Sequence record: MT799840.1
DNA: 64,000 nt
Reading direction: 5' to 3' (one strand)
Below the pieces are notes generated by a model. That model did not search any database and was not told the DNA's origin. It saw only the letters and a program-made list of their open reading frames with translations. Position numbers and translations under genes: made by a program. Positions 18,103 through 28,546 of this stretch are shown here, in pieces. Each line of letters opens with the position of its first letter. Within the stretch, counting starts at the first letter, position 1.

Positions 18103-20847
18103 TTAGAGGACGTTGTCGAGGTTGTCGTCGGTAGTCCCTTCACCACCTTCTGTGCCTTCCGTTCCCTCGGTAGTTGTTTCCGTGGTTTCGGTCGACTCAG
18201 TCGTTTCCCCTGTACTATCACCACCGGTTCCGTCATCCGTATCGAGATCGAGGTCTAAATCATCGTCACCCCCACCACCGAGATCTCCTTCACCGCCACC
18301 GGTGTCACCACCCGCATCAAAACCACCACTGAATCCGCCAGCAGATTCGTTAGGGTCAAGGTCAGCATTTTTCGCCAACGTTTCCAGACGACCTGTAAAA
18401 CGTTTCGCCAACTGAATCAGCGTCTTCGAAGCAGCCATCGCTTCATCAGTCATCATGGTGATGTTGTCTTGACGAGATTTATCGTCGTAAACCAGATCGA
18501 AGAAGTCAGTTTCAATGCCTTGTTTACGCAGCCAGTTGCGCGTATAGAAGGACTTGATCATCGTCTTCAGATCGTTCGGGTCCATCGTGATGCCTTCTTG
18601 CTGGAGTTGCGCAGCAATGTCATCCGTTACAACCAGATCAGCCAGCTTCTCAAAGAACTCCGTACGTTTATCGAACAACTCCATCTGCGAAGCTGCTGCT
18701 GAGGTGTCTGGTGGTGGTAAGGTTACTTTCATACCGTTGATGAAAGCAGCCAGATACTCAGAGACCTTTTTCGTAATCTGGTCAGTAGTCATCCCATTAC
18801 CGTTAGCGTTGATGTACTCTGCAATGATTTTAATCATCGCTGATTGCAACGACGGAGAGGCCAACATCCCATTAACTACGTAACGTGTCAGTGGCTTAGA
18901 GAGAATCTCTTGCTTCTTAACAACCTGCTGGGTGACCAGCAACGATTTAGAGAAAATCTGTGAAGCGAATTCGATGTTCTCCGGGGTCATTACCAGGTCG
19001 GGGTCAACGCCAGCGATGTGACAAGTACGACGTAACAGACCTTCGTCGAAGTCCTTATCCGGGTATTTATAATCCGGTGTAGTATCCGACACAGACACTT
19101 TGGTACTACCGTAGTAGTCGTTACCGATAACGTTGAACGCAATACCTGCGTTTGTCGTCATTGCCCAGGTGTCGTTCATGTCCCCCCACATCGGTTGACG
19201 ACGGTTATAGGAGTTCATGATGTCTGTTTTCAACTGGTCAATTGTTTTCTGACCGTTCATGTCATCTGGTGCCAACTCAATGTCGTACTGCATGTGACGC
19301 GCAGAGTTTAACACCGCAGAGTTCATGGTAGCGAACAGCAGCGCCATACGGACAGTAGAGATAACGAACGAACGTTCGGTAATAGACACACCGATCCCGT
19401 CTTCATCAAAGTCCGTGGCAAAATAGCAAAGGTTTTCCGCAGGAATATAAATAACCTGCGTATGACGTTTTGCCAGATGGCGCGCTAACATGATACGGCT
19501 GAACGTTTCGGTTACCGTCATGCTAATCTCAGCACCACCCAACGCCTCACCCAACGCTTTTGTCAGCTGATCTTCAGCAATCTCACCATAACGCGCTGTT
19601 AAGCGGTTAGCAATGTCTGGTGTGATTCGGGTTGTGTTGCCCATCCCCAGATTTGCACGGTTGATTGTTGAATCCACCATACCGTCGTTGTTCAGGTAGT
19701 TCATGAAGTTCGCATCACCGTAAAGTGTGGAGCGCGAGTTAATGAAGTTACCCATTTCGTCAACGATGGCCAGATAACCTATGGGGTTACGAACATCGTC
19801 GCCGATAACGAGCGGGAGTGTGGACTCTGCTGGCAGTAATCGTTCCGTGTATTCGATTTTGTTAGCATCGGAGAAACTCATCTTCGGTACTTCGCCGTAA
19901 AGCTTTTGCTCAGGCGTTTTCTGGTACGCTTCGTTGAGGTCGCCGATGTTGATTAAACCGAGTTTTGCCTTCTCTTGTTCGCTGTCTGTGAACTGGTCAG
20001 CGTTATACGCTGACGCACCTGTCGGTGTAGAAGGTTGTTCATATGCGTACTGCTCTAACTGACCGAACAGGCCGGTGCGAGCATTCTCCTGTGCCACACG
20101 GCGATAAGCCTCTGGTAACAGGGTAATACGCGGGTTGTCGGTGATAACGATATCCAGGGAAGCTAACATACCGTCTGCTTTAAACGGACTGTTAGGGGCT
20201 GCTGCAAAGTTAAGTTTAATGGTTTGTGGCTTGGTGGGCTTGTCAGCGCCACGTGCACGACCCAGAATACTTTCTACACCAACCTTCGGTTTGTTTTCAC
20301 CGCCAATCTTGCCCAGGATACCCAACTGACGTTCAAAGAAGTCAGATTGGCTACGGCGCAACGATTCGGTTGCAACAGACGGCTTTAAGCCGAAGAGTTC
20401 ATCGAATCCGGTATCTGAAATCAGCAACACCGGGCTCGCGCCTTTGGATTTCAGTGCATCGTAAATCCACTGATACAGTTTGTTGGGTAACTGGCGCGTG
20501 TGGTCATGGAAATCACGCACGGGTTCTAACAACTGTTGACGCAGGTCGATCGGGATATCCGCCACGTTGTCGTAAATCAGCGTGGTGTTAATCAAATCTT
20601 TTGTGGACAGGAGCGAGGAGGTCGCGATGGTAACAATGACCTCTAACTCAGGGAGCGCATCAAAGATACGTTCGGCATTTTTAACGGTGCGAATGCGGCT
20701 ACTCGCGATACCTGTGAGTTCTGTACGGGTTGGTGTAACGCCGCCATCTTCACGCTTACCGCGTTGCTGCTGAGCCGACGGGCTCGTGGACTTACGCAGT
20801 ATGGCAGCTACCGCGGGGTCGCCCGTTAATTTACTAATATCTTCCAT
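18103..20847 (-). CDS. Portal protein (phiKZ gp129/SPN3US gp81 family)
   Basis: 914 aa; A-T-E at 161 and A-Q-E at 254 (prohead-protease type sites); acidic Gly-rich C-tail; synteny. Confidence 0.85.
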   Translation of the reverse strand: MEDISKLTGDPAVAAILRKSTSPSAQQQRGKREDGGVTPTRTELTGIASSRIRTVKNAERIFDALPELEVIVTIATSSLLSTKDLINTTLIYDNVADIPIDLRQQLLEPVRDFHDHTRQLPNKLYQWIYDALKSKGASPVLLISDTGFDELFGLKPSVATESLRRSQSDFFERQLGILGKIGGENKPKVGVESILGRARGADKPTKPQTIKLNFAAAPNSPFKADGMLASLDIVITDNPRITLLPEAYRRVAQENARTGLFGQLEQYAYEQPSTPTGASAYNADQFTDSEQEKAKLGLINIGDLNEAYQKTPEQKLYGEVPKMSFSDANKIEYTERLLPAESTLPLVIGDDVRNPIGYLAIVDEMGNFINSRSTLYGDANFMNYLNNDGMVDSTINRANLGMGNTTRITPDIANRLTARYGEIAEDQLTKALGEALGGAEISMTVTETFSRIMLARHLAKRHTQVIYIPAENLCYFATDFDEDGIGVSITERSFVISTVRMALLFATMNSAVLNSARHMQYDIELAPDDMNGQKTIDQLKTDIMNSYNRRQPMWGDMNDTWAMTTNAGIAFNVIGNDYYGSTKVSVSDTTPDYKYPDKDFDEGLLRRTCHIAGVDPDLVMTPENIEFASQIFSKSLLVTQQVVKKQEILSKPLTRYVVNGMLASPSLQSAMIKIIAEYINANGNGMTTDQITKKVSEYLAAFINGMKVTLPPPDTSAAASQMELFDKRTEFFEKLADLVVTDDIAAQLQQEGITMDPNDLKTMIKSFYTRNWLRKQGIETDFFDLVYDDKSRQDNITMMTDEAMAASKTLIQLAKRFTGRLETLAKNADLDPNESAGGFSGGFDAGGDTGGGEGDLGGGGDDDLDLDLDTDDGTGGDSTGETTESTETTETTTEGTEGTEGGEGTTDDNLDNVL

Positions 20848-20858
20848 TGGGGTCTCCG

Positions 20859-23042
20859 ATGCAGAGATTTAACATTTTTCGTGACCAGGCTATCCAGTTA
20901 GCGAAATCCCTGATTGTCAAATCAGAGAGCATCGCCCAACAGATGAACCTGGCAATAACCAAAAACGGCGGTTTCGTTTCCGAGAACCGTGAGACGTGGC
21001 GGTATTACCTACACTTAGCAGGTAAACGACATGCAATCGACAAGCCGATATACATTACGTCACTCGACACGCAAGAGCAGATAGAGTTAACGACGCAGAA
21101 CCTCTCCCGTCATAAAAAGACCTCAAACGTATATCGTTCTAACCCGGAGTATATCGACGACTTAATCGCCGAGTATCCGGACTACGCAGTATACATTCGC
21201 GGTACTTTCAATCCGATTGATATTGCATATGCGATACGTGTCGATGACTGCTCAATTTTGTATTACGATCCTGCTTTAGTTGAACCGCAGGAGACGTCGT
21301 TAATTACACATATTGAGAACTTTATTCGTGCAGCACATGTGCGTTTCATGGCCGATGGCTGGAAAGTTCACAACGACTGTTTCGTACTGGCCTTTTACAT
21401 GCAACAGTACCCGGTGTGGCCGGGGCTTATCATGTACATCCGCAAACGGTTACAGTTTACGACCGAAACGCACTCCTACTACGTGACCGAGTTCTTGGCT
21501 TCGCACCAAGAACTGCACGAGTTCATGCCGTACCTGACTCTCAAGCAGAAATTCACACTGTATCGCAACATCCGTTACTGGGAACGTAACTCTGGTAAGG
21601 AAGAAATCTTTACTTGGATGATTGACACCCTGTTGACGGGTTGGGGTATGCCTGCTGTTGGATATAAGGTCGCCCAGCAGATTCACGACCCGACGACGGG
21701 CAGTGATGATGACCTGACACCACTCCCGATCGGCTACCAGTCATCGCTTAACTATACTGAACGTGACTCGGGTCGTGACCTGGACATTGTTAGCACAACT
21801 GACATCATCCGGAAAGAAATCAATCTGGCGTACAATAACCCAGTGCACGAACCTGACTATCAGGAAGACCTCGATCGGCGTTTGAGCTTGACGCAGTATC
21901 CGAACCTGCCAACGAAGTTAGTTGAGGTGACGGCGATTGACCCAGAGGCCATCGAACGTTGGGAATTTATGCATGGCTTGTTCAACGAGTGGATGCATAT
22001 CGTGGCACGTGGACAGTACAACATTTACCACGAAATTCTTAACCCAACGAACGGGGATACGCTAAAGCTCACTTCAAAAGAGCTGCTGGCACTGTTCTTG
22101 TATGCGAGCTTCAAAGGTTATTCGGGTGTAGCACTGGATAAGATCCCGGTGTGGAACGTGTTTGGTGTGCTAATCAAACGCTGGGTTGGTTTTGATGAGA
22201 TGGAGCAGCATCTGCCAAGCTCATGGCCCGGCCGTTTTAATGCGTTGATTAACTACTACACGGACACACATCATGAAGTTATCGGTAATTTGACGTCTGC
22301 AGATGAGTTGTACGATGAAATCAGCGAAATCATGGTGCAGAAGCGTCGTCGTTACCGTTACTCGTATAATCGACACAAGCTAGCCGACCGTGCTGCTGGC
22401 ACAATGTTGTTTACCTACCACTACCGTGACTATAAGTGCGATCTTGACCTACCTTACCGCGATTACGACGAGTTCTTCAAAACGTTTGGTTTTGATTACG
22501 AGTTAGTCTCTGCGGAAACCTGGCAGGATATCGCCACCGACGCATTAAACGTGGCCACCAATCTGGAAACACGTGCGTCTGTCTCACAAGCTGAAATACA
22601 ACGCGCGATGGTGCGGTTAATGACGAAACTCTCGTCTTATACTGTCCATTTTGCCGCACGTATGGGTTCTGACACCTACGATGTCACCGACCCAGTCATC
22701 CCGATTCTGGATGATATTCTCACAGAGGCTGCCGATACAACAAATATCATTTACCCTCTGACAGACGTGCAGCGTGTGAGCCGCAGTTCATTCATGACGA
22801 CGGATAAACCCATCCCTGTCGCTCCTGTGATAAAGGAAATGGCAATCCCACAACGTATTAAGTTGCGGATGAATGTCTATCCTGGTATCCGTGCGAAGGT
22901 CGAACAGGATGTTGTGGTCGATATGGTACAACCGCCTATCGATGCTATCCGTGTGCGGACGTCATTTGAGGAGTGGACGCTTGCCGAGCGCGTGGTCGAC
23001 CGTGACATGGATGGCTTCCAGCTAGACCAATTACCAAAGTGA
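20859..23042 (+). CDS. Virion structural protein, probable baseplate wedge component
   Basis: ATG 20859; about 727 aa; divergent from portal as in phiKZ-like phages. Confidence 0.65.
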   Translation: MQRFNIFRDQAIQLAKSLIVKSESIAQQMNLAITKNGGFVSENRETWRYYLHLAGKRHAIDKPIYITSLDTQEQIELTTQNLSRHKKTSNVYRSNPEYIDDLIAEYPDYAVYIRGTFNPIDIAYAIRVDDCSILYYDPALVEPQETSLITHIENFIRAAHVRFMADGWKVHNDCFVLAFYMQQYPVWPGLIMYIRKRLQFTTETHSYYVTEFLASHQELHEFMPYLTLKQKFTLYRNIRYWERNSGKEEIFTWMIDTLLTGWGMPAVGYKVAQQIHDPTTGSDDDLTPLPIGYQSSLNYTERDSGRDLDIVSTTDIIRKEINLAYNNPVHEPDYQEDLDRRLSLTQYPNLPTKLVEVTAIDPEAIERWEFMHGLFNEWMHIVARGQYNIYHEILNPTNGDTLKLTSKELLALFLYASFKGYSGVALDKIPVWNVFGVLIKRWVGFDEMEQHLPSSWPGRFNALINYYTDTHHEVIGNLTSADELYDEISEIMVQKRRRYRYSYNRHKLADRAAGTMLFTYHYRDYKCDLDLPYRDYDEFFKTFGFDYELVSAETWQDIATDALNVATNLETRASVSQAEIQRAMVRLMTKLSSYTVHFAARMGSDTYDVTDPVIPILDDILTEAADTTNIIYPLTDVQRVSRSSFMTTDKPIPVAPVIKEMAIPQRIKLRMNVYPGIRAKVEQDVVVDMVQPPIDAIRVRTSFEEWTLAERVVDRDMDGFQLDQLPK

Positions 23043-23049
23043 GAGACTT

Positions 23050-23577
23050 ATGGGATACCGTATAGATTTATCAAAAACCCCGAAACAGATTCTGGTTGAG
23101 AGAATCAATTACGTTTTTAAGTTATCGTATAGTGAAAATAACTACGAGTTTAACCCACGTGGGGTGTGGCCACTGACACGAGCAGAGCGACGCGCTAAAG
23201 GTGTGGAGTCTAAAGTTGCGGCGCGCTTTGTAAATGGGGTACACGGCACTCAAGAGTTTTACCTGACTCGTGCGGACTTAAACAAGTTACTTAAAGACGT
23301 AACGGTTGAAGTCCCGAAGGGTGCGGCAGAATGGAGCCATGAATTAGTTCCGTATATTGTCGATGAGCTGGGTCTCCAGCTTGACACCTATGATATCATG
23401 GTTGAACCGATTACCCCGGAAATGGAATCGTATGAGGCGCGCTTAATCCCGCACCATCTATCTTTCAAAGGCACGATTGCGATTACTTTTGTTGACCCAA
23501 CTCCCCGTAAGCTGGCGCAGCTGGTAACTAAACGGGCACTCGACGGGTTTCGCCCAGGAGAATTTTTAAATGGCTAA
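23050..23577 (+). CDS. Virion protein, stand-alone paralog-family N-terminal module
   Basis: N-terminus and C-terminal LAQLVTKRALDGF motif resemble the 55.9-63.5 kb paralogs. Confidence 0.65.
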   Translation: MGYRIDLSKTPKQILVERINYVFKLSYSENNYEFNPRGVWPLTRAERRAKGVESKVAARFVNGVHGTQEFYLTRADLNKLLKDVTVEVPKGAAEWSHELVPYIVDELGLQLDTYDIMVEPITPEMESYEARLIPHHLSFKGTIAITFVDPTPRKLAQLVTKRALDGFRPGEFLNG

Positions 23578-24457
23578 CACCAAAGTTTACGATGGTAAAC
23601 TGTCAACAGTGACTCTTAACGCGATGCGACTTACGACCGCGTTATTGACAGGTGCTGACGTGCAGTACCCACAGAAATCCACGATGAACGAGTTTTATAA
23701 ACTCATGACCTCGAAAGTTCCCGATGGCGCTACACGTCCGCATTTAGGATACATGTGCGTGGGTAACCGCGGTCACATCGTTGATCAGTCTGATGTTGTG
23801 GCAGACGTTGTTCCTGTCGCGAAATCCCCGATTGCGTCAGGGATGTTCTCGCGCGTACCATTGGTACTGCGTACATTGGATAATGACTTATCTGATGAGC
23901 AACGTAAACAGTACGCTTTCCGTACTCGTGAAACTATCGGCGCGCGGGATTACTGGGCGTATTATCTGAAACGTATCGACATGCGCGCAGTGAAGACCAC
24001 TGACCTGGATATCACTCGCGAAAACGGTGTTGAAACCGTCAAAGATTTCGTCTATACCGATGCGGAACTGAACCCGGTACCGAAAGAACTCCCAGACTAC
24101 GATTACGACGATGACGGCACTGTAGAGATCCCCGACGGTCGTTATGTTGAATCGGGCGCAGACCTGGTGATTCCATGGACTGAGTTTGATGTTCAGGAAT
24201 ACATGAACGTGACGGCGATTCTACGTGGTACGCCACGCAGTTCGATTATCTCTGAAATTGCGCTGTGCTCTGGCGTTGATACCCCTGAAACGGGTGAGTC
24301 GGCTACCGGTTCACAGTTCAGCTACGACGAAGCTATCGGTGTGCAGGCGTTGTACTACATCTCCCTGTTCACTAACCTGGCACAGACCAACGATCGTCTG
24401 TCACTGACCATCCGTATCGGCCAGCCGGCACCGTGGTTCTTAGGGACAGCTAACTGA
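23570..24457 (+). CDS. Virion structural protein (baseplate-associated)
   Basis: 295 aa, coupled within structural operon. Confidence 0.6.
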   Translation: MANTKVYDGKLSTVTLNAMRLTTALLTGADVQYPQKSTMNEFYKLMTSKVPDGATRPHLGYMCVGNRGHIVDQSDVVADVVPVAKSPIASGMFSRVPLVLRTLDNDLSDEQRKQYAFRTRETIGARDYWAYYLKRIDMRAVKTTDLDITRENGVETVKDFVYTDAELNPVPKELPDYDYDDDGTVEIPDGRYVESGADLVIPWTEFDVQEYMNVTAILRGTPRSSIISEIALCSGVDTPETGESATGSQFSYDEAIGVQALYYISLFTNLAQTNDRLSLTIRIGQPAPWFLGTAN

Positions 24458-25107
24458 TGCTGATTCCTGAGCCGAGGTTACCCGACAGTATGGTGAGGAT
24501 TGCGGCTGTTGACCCCGGTACTGCCCATCTTGGGATGGCGGTTATCGACTGGGAATTTGGCCAACCTCAAGGTGAAGTTGTCTGGGCGGGCACGGCTCAT
24601 GTTGCGGACCCTACGCACAATGGCTCTTTTGGTGAGTGCGTAGGGAAACGTGATGCGCGTTTGGTGGAATTAGAAGAACGCTTTCGCGAGTTTTTAAAAC
24701 TGGCAAGGCCGACTTTTGTCGCTACCGAAACTCCATTCATGCGAAGAGCTAAGCTCTCAGCGTACGAGTCTGGGGTGGAGTTGCAACTGATGTTGCGGCG
24801 AACGCTTTGGGACGTGTTTCCCGAAAAATATCTCCATGGGTTTAATCCTATTATTGTGAAGTCGTACGTTGGTGTGGAAGCAAAGGGTACAGATAAATCG
24901 CATATGCAACAAGCGGTGACAAAACTCTACGCGAACCATACCCGGTGCGACTTATCGGTATTGGATGAACACAGTATCGATGCCGTGGCGGTGGGTAATA
25001 TCTTCGTCAGGGTCAACTTATTAAACCTAAATAGTCTCCTTCCGCCCAAGGTTAAGGTTCCTAAAGCTAAGGCCGGTAAGCGGAAAGGAAGACGCCGGAG
25101 GAAATAG
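24457..25107 (+). CDS. ruvC: RuvC-like Holliday junction resolvase
   Basis: RIAAVDPGTAHLG, ATETPF and DEHSIDAVAVG carry the RuvC catalytic D/E/D pattern; basic C-tail. Confidence 0.85.
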   Translation: MLIPEPRLPDSMVRIAAVDPGTAHLGMAVIDWEFGQPQGEVVWAGTAHVADPTHNGSFGECVGKRDARLVELEERFREFLKLARPTFVATETPFMRRAKLSAYESGVELQLMLRRTLWDVFPEKYLHGFNPIIVKSYVGVEAKGTDKSHMQQAVTKLYANHTRCDLSVLDEHSIDAVAVGNIFVRVNLLNLNSLLPPKVKVPKAKAGKRKGRRRRK

Positions 25108-25109
25108 CG

Positions 25110-25682
25110 ATGTCGCAGTCTTTGCAAGAAGCTTCGACGGATGTGTTGGATGTTCTTATCCAGGCGGGCACCAACAAATTAAGCCTGGAAGAGAGCGCCC
25201 GACTAAAAAAAGCCGCCCAGACCGCCTTGGGAAGTGATGTTGAAATTGATGTCACTAAACCTGCTAACGTGATTCTTACTTCTTTACGCCCCCTCATCCT
25301 TGAGCAGGTGGGGAACATGGCGAAAACGTTCGAATCGCAAGCAAAAGCCGCTGTAGAAAGCATGGATGAAAAGCTCGCCAAAGAAACGTTATTGACCCTG
25401 TGGCCAAATTTGAAAGGTCCGCAGAAAGTCCTTATCGTTTTGTTGGTGCTGACCACTGTGGCGATTACTGGCGTGATGGCCTGGGACACACACCTGCATT
25501 ATCCACAAGAGTTAACGGATGTGCTGATTGTGGCGCTCTTACCATTGTTTGCTCAGGCCGTGTTCTTTACATGGCCGATTAAGACGCTTGCTTATAACTC
25601 GATGGCCATTGGTGCCAAAGTTGTTGAATACAAGCTGAATAAGAGCAACGCGAAGCAACAGACTACCGCACCTAAAGTGTAA
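25110..25682 (+). CDS. Membrane protein with two C-terminal transmembrane helices
   Basis: VLIVLLVLTTVAITGVMAW and VLIVALLPLFAQAVFFTW. Confidence 0.7.
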   Translation: MSQSLQEASTDVLDVLIQAGTNKLSLEESARLKKAAQTALGSDVEIDVTKPANVILTSLRPLILEQVGNMAKTFESQAKAAVESMDEKLAKETLLTLWPNLKGPQKVLIVLLVLTTVAITGVMAWDTHLHYPQELTDVLIVALLPLFAQAVFFTWPIKTLAYNSMAIGAKVVEYKLNKSNAKQQTTAPKV

Positions 25683-25685
25683 TTA

Positions 25686-25730
25686 AGCCCTCTTCTCCTC
25701 CGGGAGAAGAGGCTTCTTATTTTTTTTTAT
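25686..25730 (+). terminator. Intrinsic terminator
   Basis: CCTCTTCTCC-TCCG-GGAGAAGAGG + T-tract. Confidence 0.85.
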
Positions 25731-25752
25731 TACGTCTACGTAAATTACTGTG
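25730..25752 (+). promoter_or_regulatory. Bipartite promoter TTAC-N15-TGTG
   Basis: Directly after terminator, before ATG 25780. Confidence 0.6.
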
Positions 25753-25779
25753 TAAGCAAGACCCAAAAGGAATATAAAA

Positions 25780-26418
25780 ATGCAATTACAATTTCGTCAA
25801 CGGTCTGTACTACTACCGTTTAGCGCTATATTAGGCTCATTTACTAAAATGTTATCTGTGGATTTTACTGCTGCTGAGAAAGAAGCGTTGTTATTGTCGG
25901 CGGTTGAAGAAGTGTTGTGGGAAGCGTTTTACGTCGTGCCGTTTCGTAGCTGTTTGAACGCGCCGTATGTCGAGGGGCAATTTGTTAGTGCTCTTTCTAC
26001 TGCGATTACCAAACGTAAACTAAATGCCATGGCACACGTCAAAGAGATCACCGCGCAACGAGGACGGATATTCGCTACCATCAGAAATGTGTTAATTAAA
26101 GAAGGGTTTCTCACAGATGCGCTAGGTCCCGAGGTTCCTTGGGAGCCTGGTCATCCGCCGCGTCAGTTCGACCACGGGTACAAGTTAAGTATAATTATGC
26201 CACGCGGTAAGCGTGACGTCTCATTGGGGAAATGGTTACAGGTAAGTTGGGTTCGTCCTACTATCGATTGGCAAGAAATGTCGGTCAATCGCTATCTGGA
26301 ACACCTGGCAAAAACACCGGCACAGTTTCACCGTTCAACAATCCTGCCGCTGCACATGCTGTTAAAACCGTCCCTGTCATTGGCAGAAGCCAGATACCTG
26401 CTTAGTGGAGAGAAGTGA
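25780..26418 (+). CDS. Hypothetical protein
   Basis: 212 aa, SD AAGGA, preceded by bipartite promoter. Confidence 0.65.
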   Translation: MQLQFRQRSVLLPFSAILGSFTKMLSVDFTAAEKEALLLSAVEEVLWEAFYVVPFRSCLNAPYVEGQFVSALSTAITKRKLNAMAHVKEITAQRGRIFATIRNVLIKEGFLTDALGPEVPWEPGHPPRQFDHGYKLSIIMPRGKRDVSLGKWLQVSWVRPTIDWQEMSVNRYLEHLAKTPAQFHRSTILPLHMLLKPSLSLAEARYLLSGEK

Positions 26419-26900
26419 TGCTTGTTATTAATGTGGTCGAGGATAAGATTCCCGCGAATGTTTATCCTGAACTGGTTGAATGGGTACGCGACTTAAACAG
26501 TATCCGCGAGGAGCCTATTAAACTCACGATGTTTGTTGAGGATGATATCGTGCGGGGAATCATGGCATGGGAACCTGGCCATTTGGTCTATATGGTTGTA
26601 CCTGAGGAATCTCGTCGTGGTGGCGTCGGCAGATTTATGCTTAAGTACCTTCAACAGAACTCCGATCGTAAACACATCAGCTGTCGTGTTCACCCGACCA
26701 ACATTCCCGCGCTTGGATTCTTTCACCAACAAGGCTTCCAGATTGACCGATGGTATATTGCTGCTGACGGCCAACGGTATTTTCGTATGACGAACTACAA
26801 TGTTATTTCGTCACACACGCCACCGGAGGAAAAGCTTTTAACTCATTACGCTGAAAGCGTTCCCATTTTTCTTTCGATGGCAGAAGGTCAATTCGTCTAA
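26415..26900 (+). CDS. GNAT-family acetyltransferase
   Basis: Motif A VVPEESRRGGVGRFML; motif B NIPALGFFHQQGF. Confidence 0.85.
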   Translation: MMLVINVVEDKIPANVYPELVEWVRDLNSIREEPIKLTMFVEDDIVRGIMAWEPGHLVYMVVPEESRRGGVGRFMLKYLQQNSDRKHISCRVHPTNIPALGFFHQQGFQIDRWYIAADGQRYFRMTNYNVISSHTPPEEKLLTHYAESVPIFLSMAEGQFV

Positions 26901-26917
26901 ACGAGCGAGAGTGTATA

Positions 26918-27394
26918 ATGATACGTGTTGCTTACGAAACACGAGATACGGATGGAACCCGTATAAACGTCATCCGCCGTGTGGAGCTTGTTCCTCAGCA
27001 TGAACTGAATATTGCAGACAGTTCGCTTAGGGGCACTCCTGTTAAGATTCTGAATCTTACGAGACGTTCTTTTCATCACAGTAAGACTTCACCAGCAATA
27101 CGGTCCAGTAAAAGAAAAAGTTATGCCGATTTAAAACATCGGTTGTCCCGGCATTTTCGTCGGAGTGCCTGGAAGGCTTTAGTTGAGGTTTTGGTTGACG
27201 AACACCTTATCCAGAAGTTGGAATGGGAAGAGGTTCTCAAGGAAGCGGGCTATCCAACTAAACCTTTCTCTTATCACTGGCATCACTTCAAAAAACAGTT
27301 CCACGATGCCTTACAGGTATCGCCAAACACTCGCAACATGATTCACCGTTTGGAGAAAATGGACTGGCTTCTACCCTATCTGGAAGAGGACTAG
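26918..27394 (+). CDS. Hypothetical protein
   Basis: 158-aa ORF in same operon. Confidence 0.6.
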   Translation: MIRVAYETRDTDGTRINVIRRVELVPQHELNIADSSLRGTPVKILNLTRRSFHHSKTSPAIRSSKRKSYADLKHRLSRHFRRSAWKALVEVLVDEHLIQKLEWEEVLKEAGYPTKPFSYHWHHFKKQFHDALQVSPNTRNMIHRLEKMDWLLPYLEED

Positions 27395-27396
27395 AT

Positions 27397-27786
27397 ATGA
27401 TGCGTGCTGTATTAGCTGTGTTTATAATTTGCGTTACTACGTCAGTATACGCGTTTACTGTTCAGGACTTCCCGCAATACAAACCAATGTGGGAAACTGA
27501 CGCACCTGTGAAATTCAGCGACAAAGATGAACCAGTCGTGACGGTGGAAAATGGTGAGTTTGCCGTGGTTAACTACGGACGTTCTGAACTGTGTCCAGGC
27601 GGTGGCTTTTATCTCGTTAACACAAAGCGTAAGACGTACCAGCCAATAGATGCCGGTACGTGTTCGCCGAAAGTTAAAGCGACAATTGTCCCGACAGTAC
27701 GAAGACATCGCAGCGTTAATACCCACCAGTTAACTTTTTGGGTAGGTAAAGAAATTTCCGCGCGGTATCCTTTGTACGATTACTAA
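27397..27786 (+). CDS. Secreted/periplasmic protein with Cys pair
   Basis: Signal peptide MMRAVLAVFIICVTTSVYA; LCPGGG...GTCSP. Confidence 0.7.
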   Translation: MMRAVLAVFIICVTTSVYAFTVQDFPQYKPMWETDAPVKFSDKDEPVVTVENGEFAVVNYGRSELCPGGGFYLVNTKRKTYQPIDAGTCSPKVKATIVPTVRRHRSVNTHQLTFWVGKEISARYPLYDY

Positions 27787-27794
27787 ACACAGCG

Positions 27795-27830
27795 TATAGG
27801 GGCTTCGGCCCCTATACTGTTTATTATTTT
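27795..27830 (+). terminator. Intrinsic terminator
   Basis: TATAGGGGC-TTCG-GCCCCTATA + T-rich tail. Confidence 0.85.
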
Positions 27831-27876
27831 CCTGTGAAGTATTATGACCCCCTTAATCAAATACCAGGAGCGAGGC

Positions 27877-28494
27877 ATGTCTTTTGTTATTGACTTTAAC
27901 CACCATCACAGTCAAACCTTGCTCGATTTAGTCAATGCTTTTAATGCTGAAACCGTTTATACGCCCCTGACCACAGAACGTATCCGTGTGGAGAGTTATG
28001 GTCCGCCGGAACCAGACGGTCGTGTAAGTGCTTTGCTGACTAATAAGAGTAAGCCGGACGACTATGTGGTTGTGCGTTACCGCAAATTGAGCCTAAATGA
28101 TATAATCACGTTGAAGCCTGAACATCTCACATGGTTTGATTTGTCGAAAGGTAAACCGGCCGATTTGCGCATATGGTCTGAACCTGCAATGGCTAGTTTT
28201 GAATCGGCGTGTGCAGAACGCGGCATCGTTGTAAGTAAGGCGTGGGAAAACCCCGCGCAATGCCACGTAGAGTATGACATCCCGACCGATCGATACGTCC
28301 TCGTCTATGAATGCGAATCATTTGTTTACGAATCACGCACACGTATTACGCTACCGTACCATATCGGCCAAGACTTAACCAAGACAACGCTGCCTGGTCT
28401 GGAATACGACCTGGCTGGTTTCTGGGGGCGTAAGCTGTTAGAAGAAGTGACTATCTCGAAGCTTAACGATTTTCGTTATCGTGAGTTTGTTTAA
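27877..28494 (+). CDS. Virion protein, paralog-family module
   Basis: Start reassigned to ATG 27877 (SD GGAG/GAGG); SQTLLDLVNAFN start and LEEVTISKLNDF end match the family. Confidence 0.6.
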   Translation: MSFVIDFNHHHSQTLLDLVNAFNAETVYTPLTTERIRVESYGPPEPDGRVSALLTNKSKPDDYVVVRYRKLSLNDIITLKPEHLTWFDLSKGKPADLRIWSEPAMASFESACAERGIVVSKAWENPAQCHVEYDIPTDRYVLVYECESFVYESRTRITLPYHIGQDLTKTTLPGLEYDLAGFWGRKLLEEVTISKLNDFRYREFV

Positions 28495-28499
28495 GACAC

Positions 28500-28546
28500 T
28501 ACCCTCGCCCGTTTAGCGAGGGTAGGTATTTATTTTTTTTTTTCTT
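28500..28546 (+). terminator. Intrinsic terminator
   Basis: TACCCTCGC...GCGAGGGTA + long T-tract. Confidence 0.8.

Noticed and set aside
18113-18415. Ser/Pro-rich plus-strand ORF
   Set aside because: Mirror of the portal's low-complexity Gly/Glu/Thr tail.
25110-25682. Holin call
   Set aside because: Two TM helices fit, but there is no adjacent endolysin or spanin and no diagnostic motif; left as membrane protein.
26890-26920. Host sigma70 promoter (TATAAT at 26914)
   Set aside because: No -35 or extended -10, and it overlaps the start codon; phiKZ-like phages rely on their own RNAPs.
27844-27876. Track start codon at 27844
   Set aside because: This ATG is part of a TATG promoter-like motif with no SD; ATG 27877 has an SD and matches paralog N-termini.
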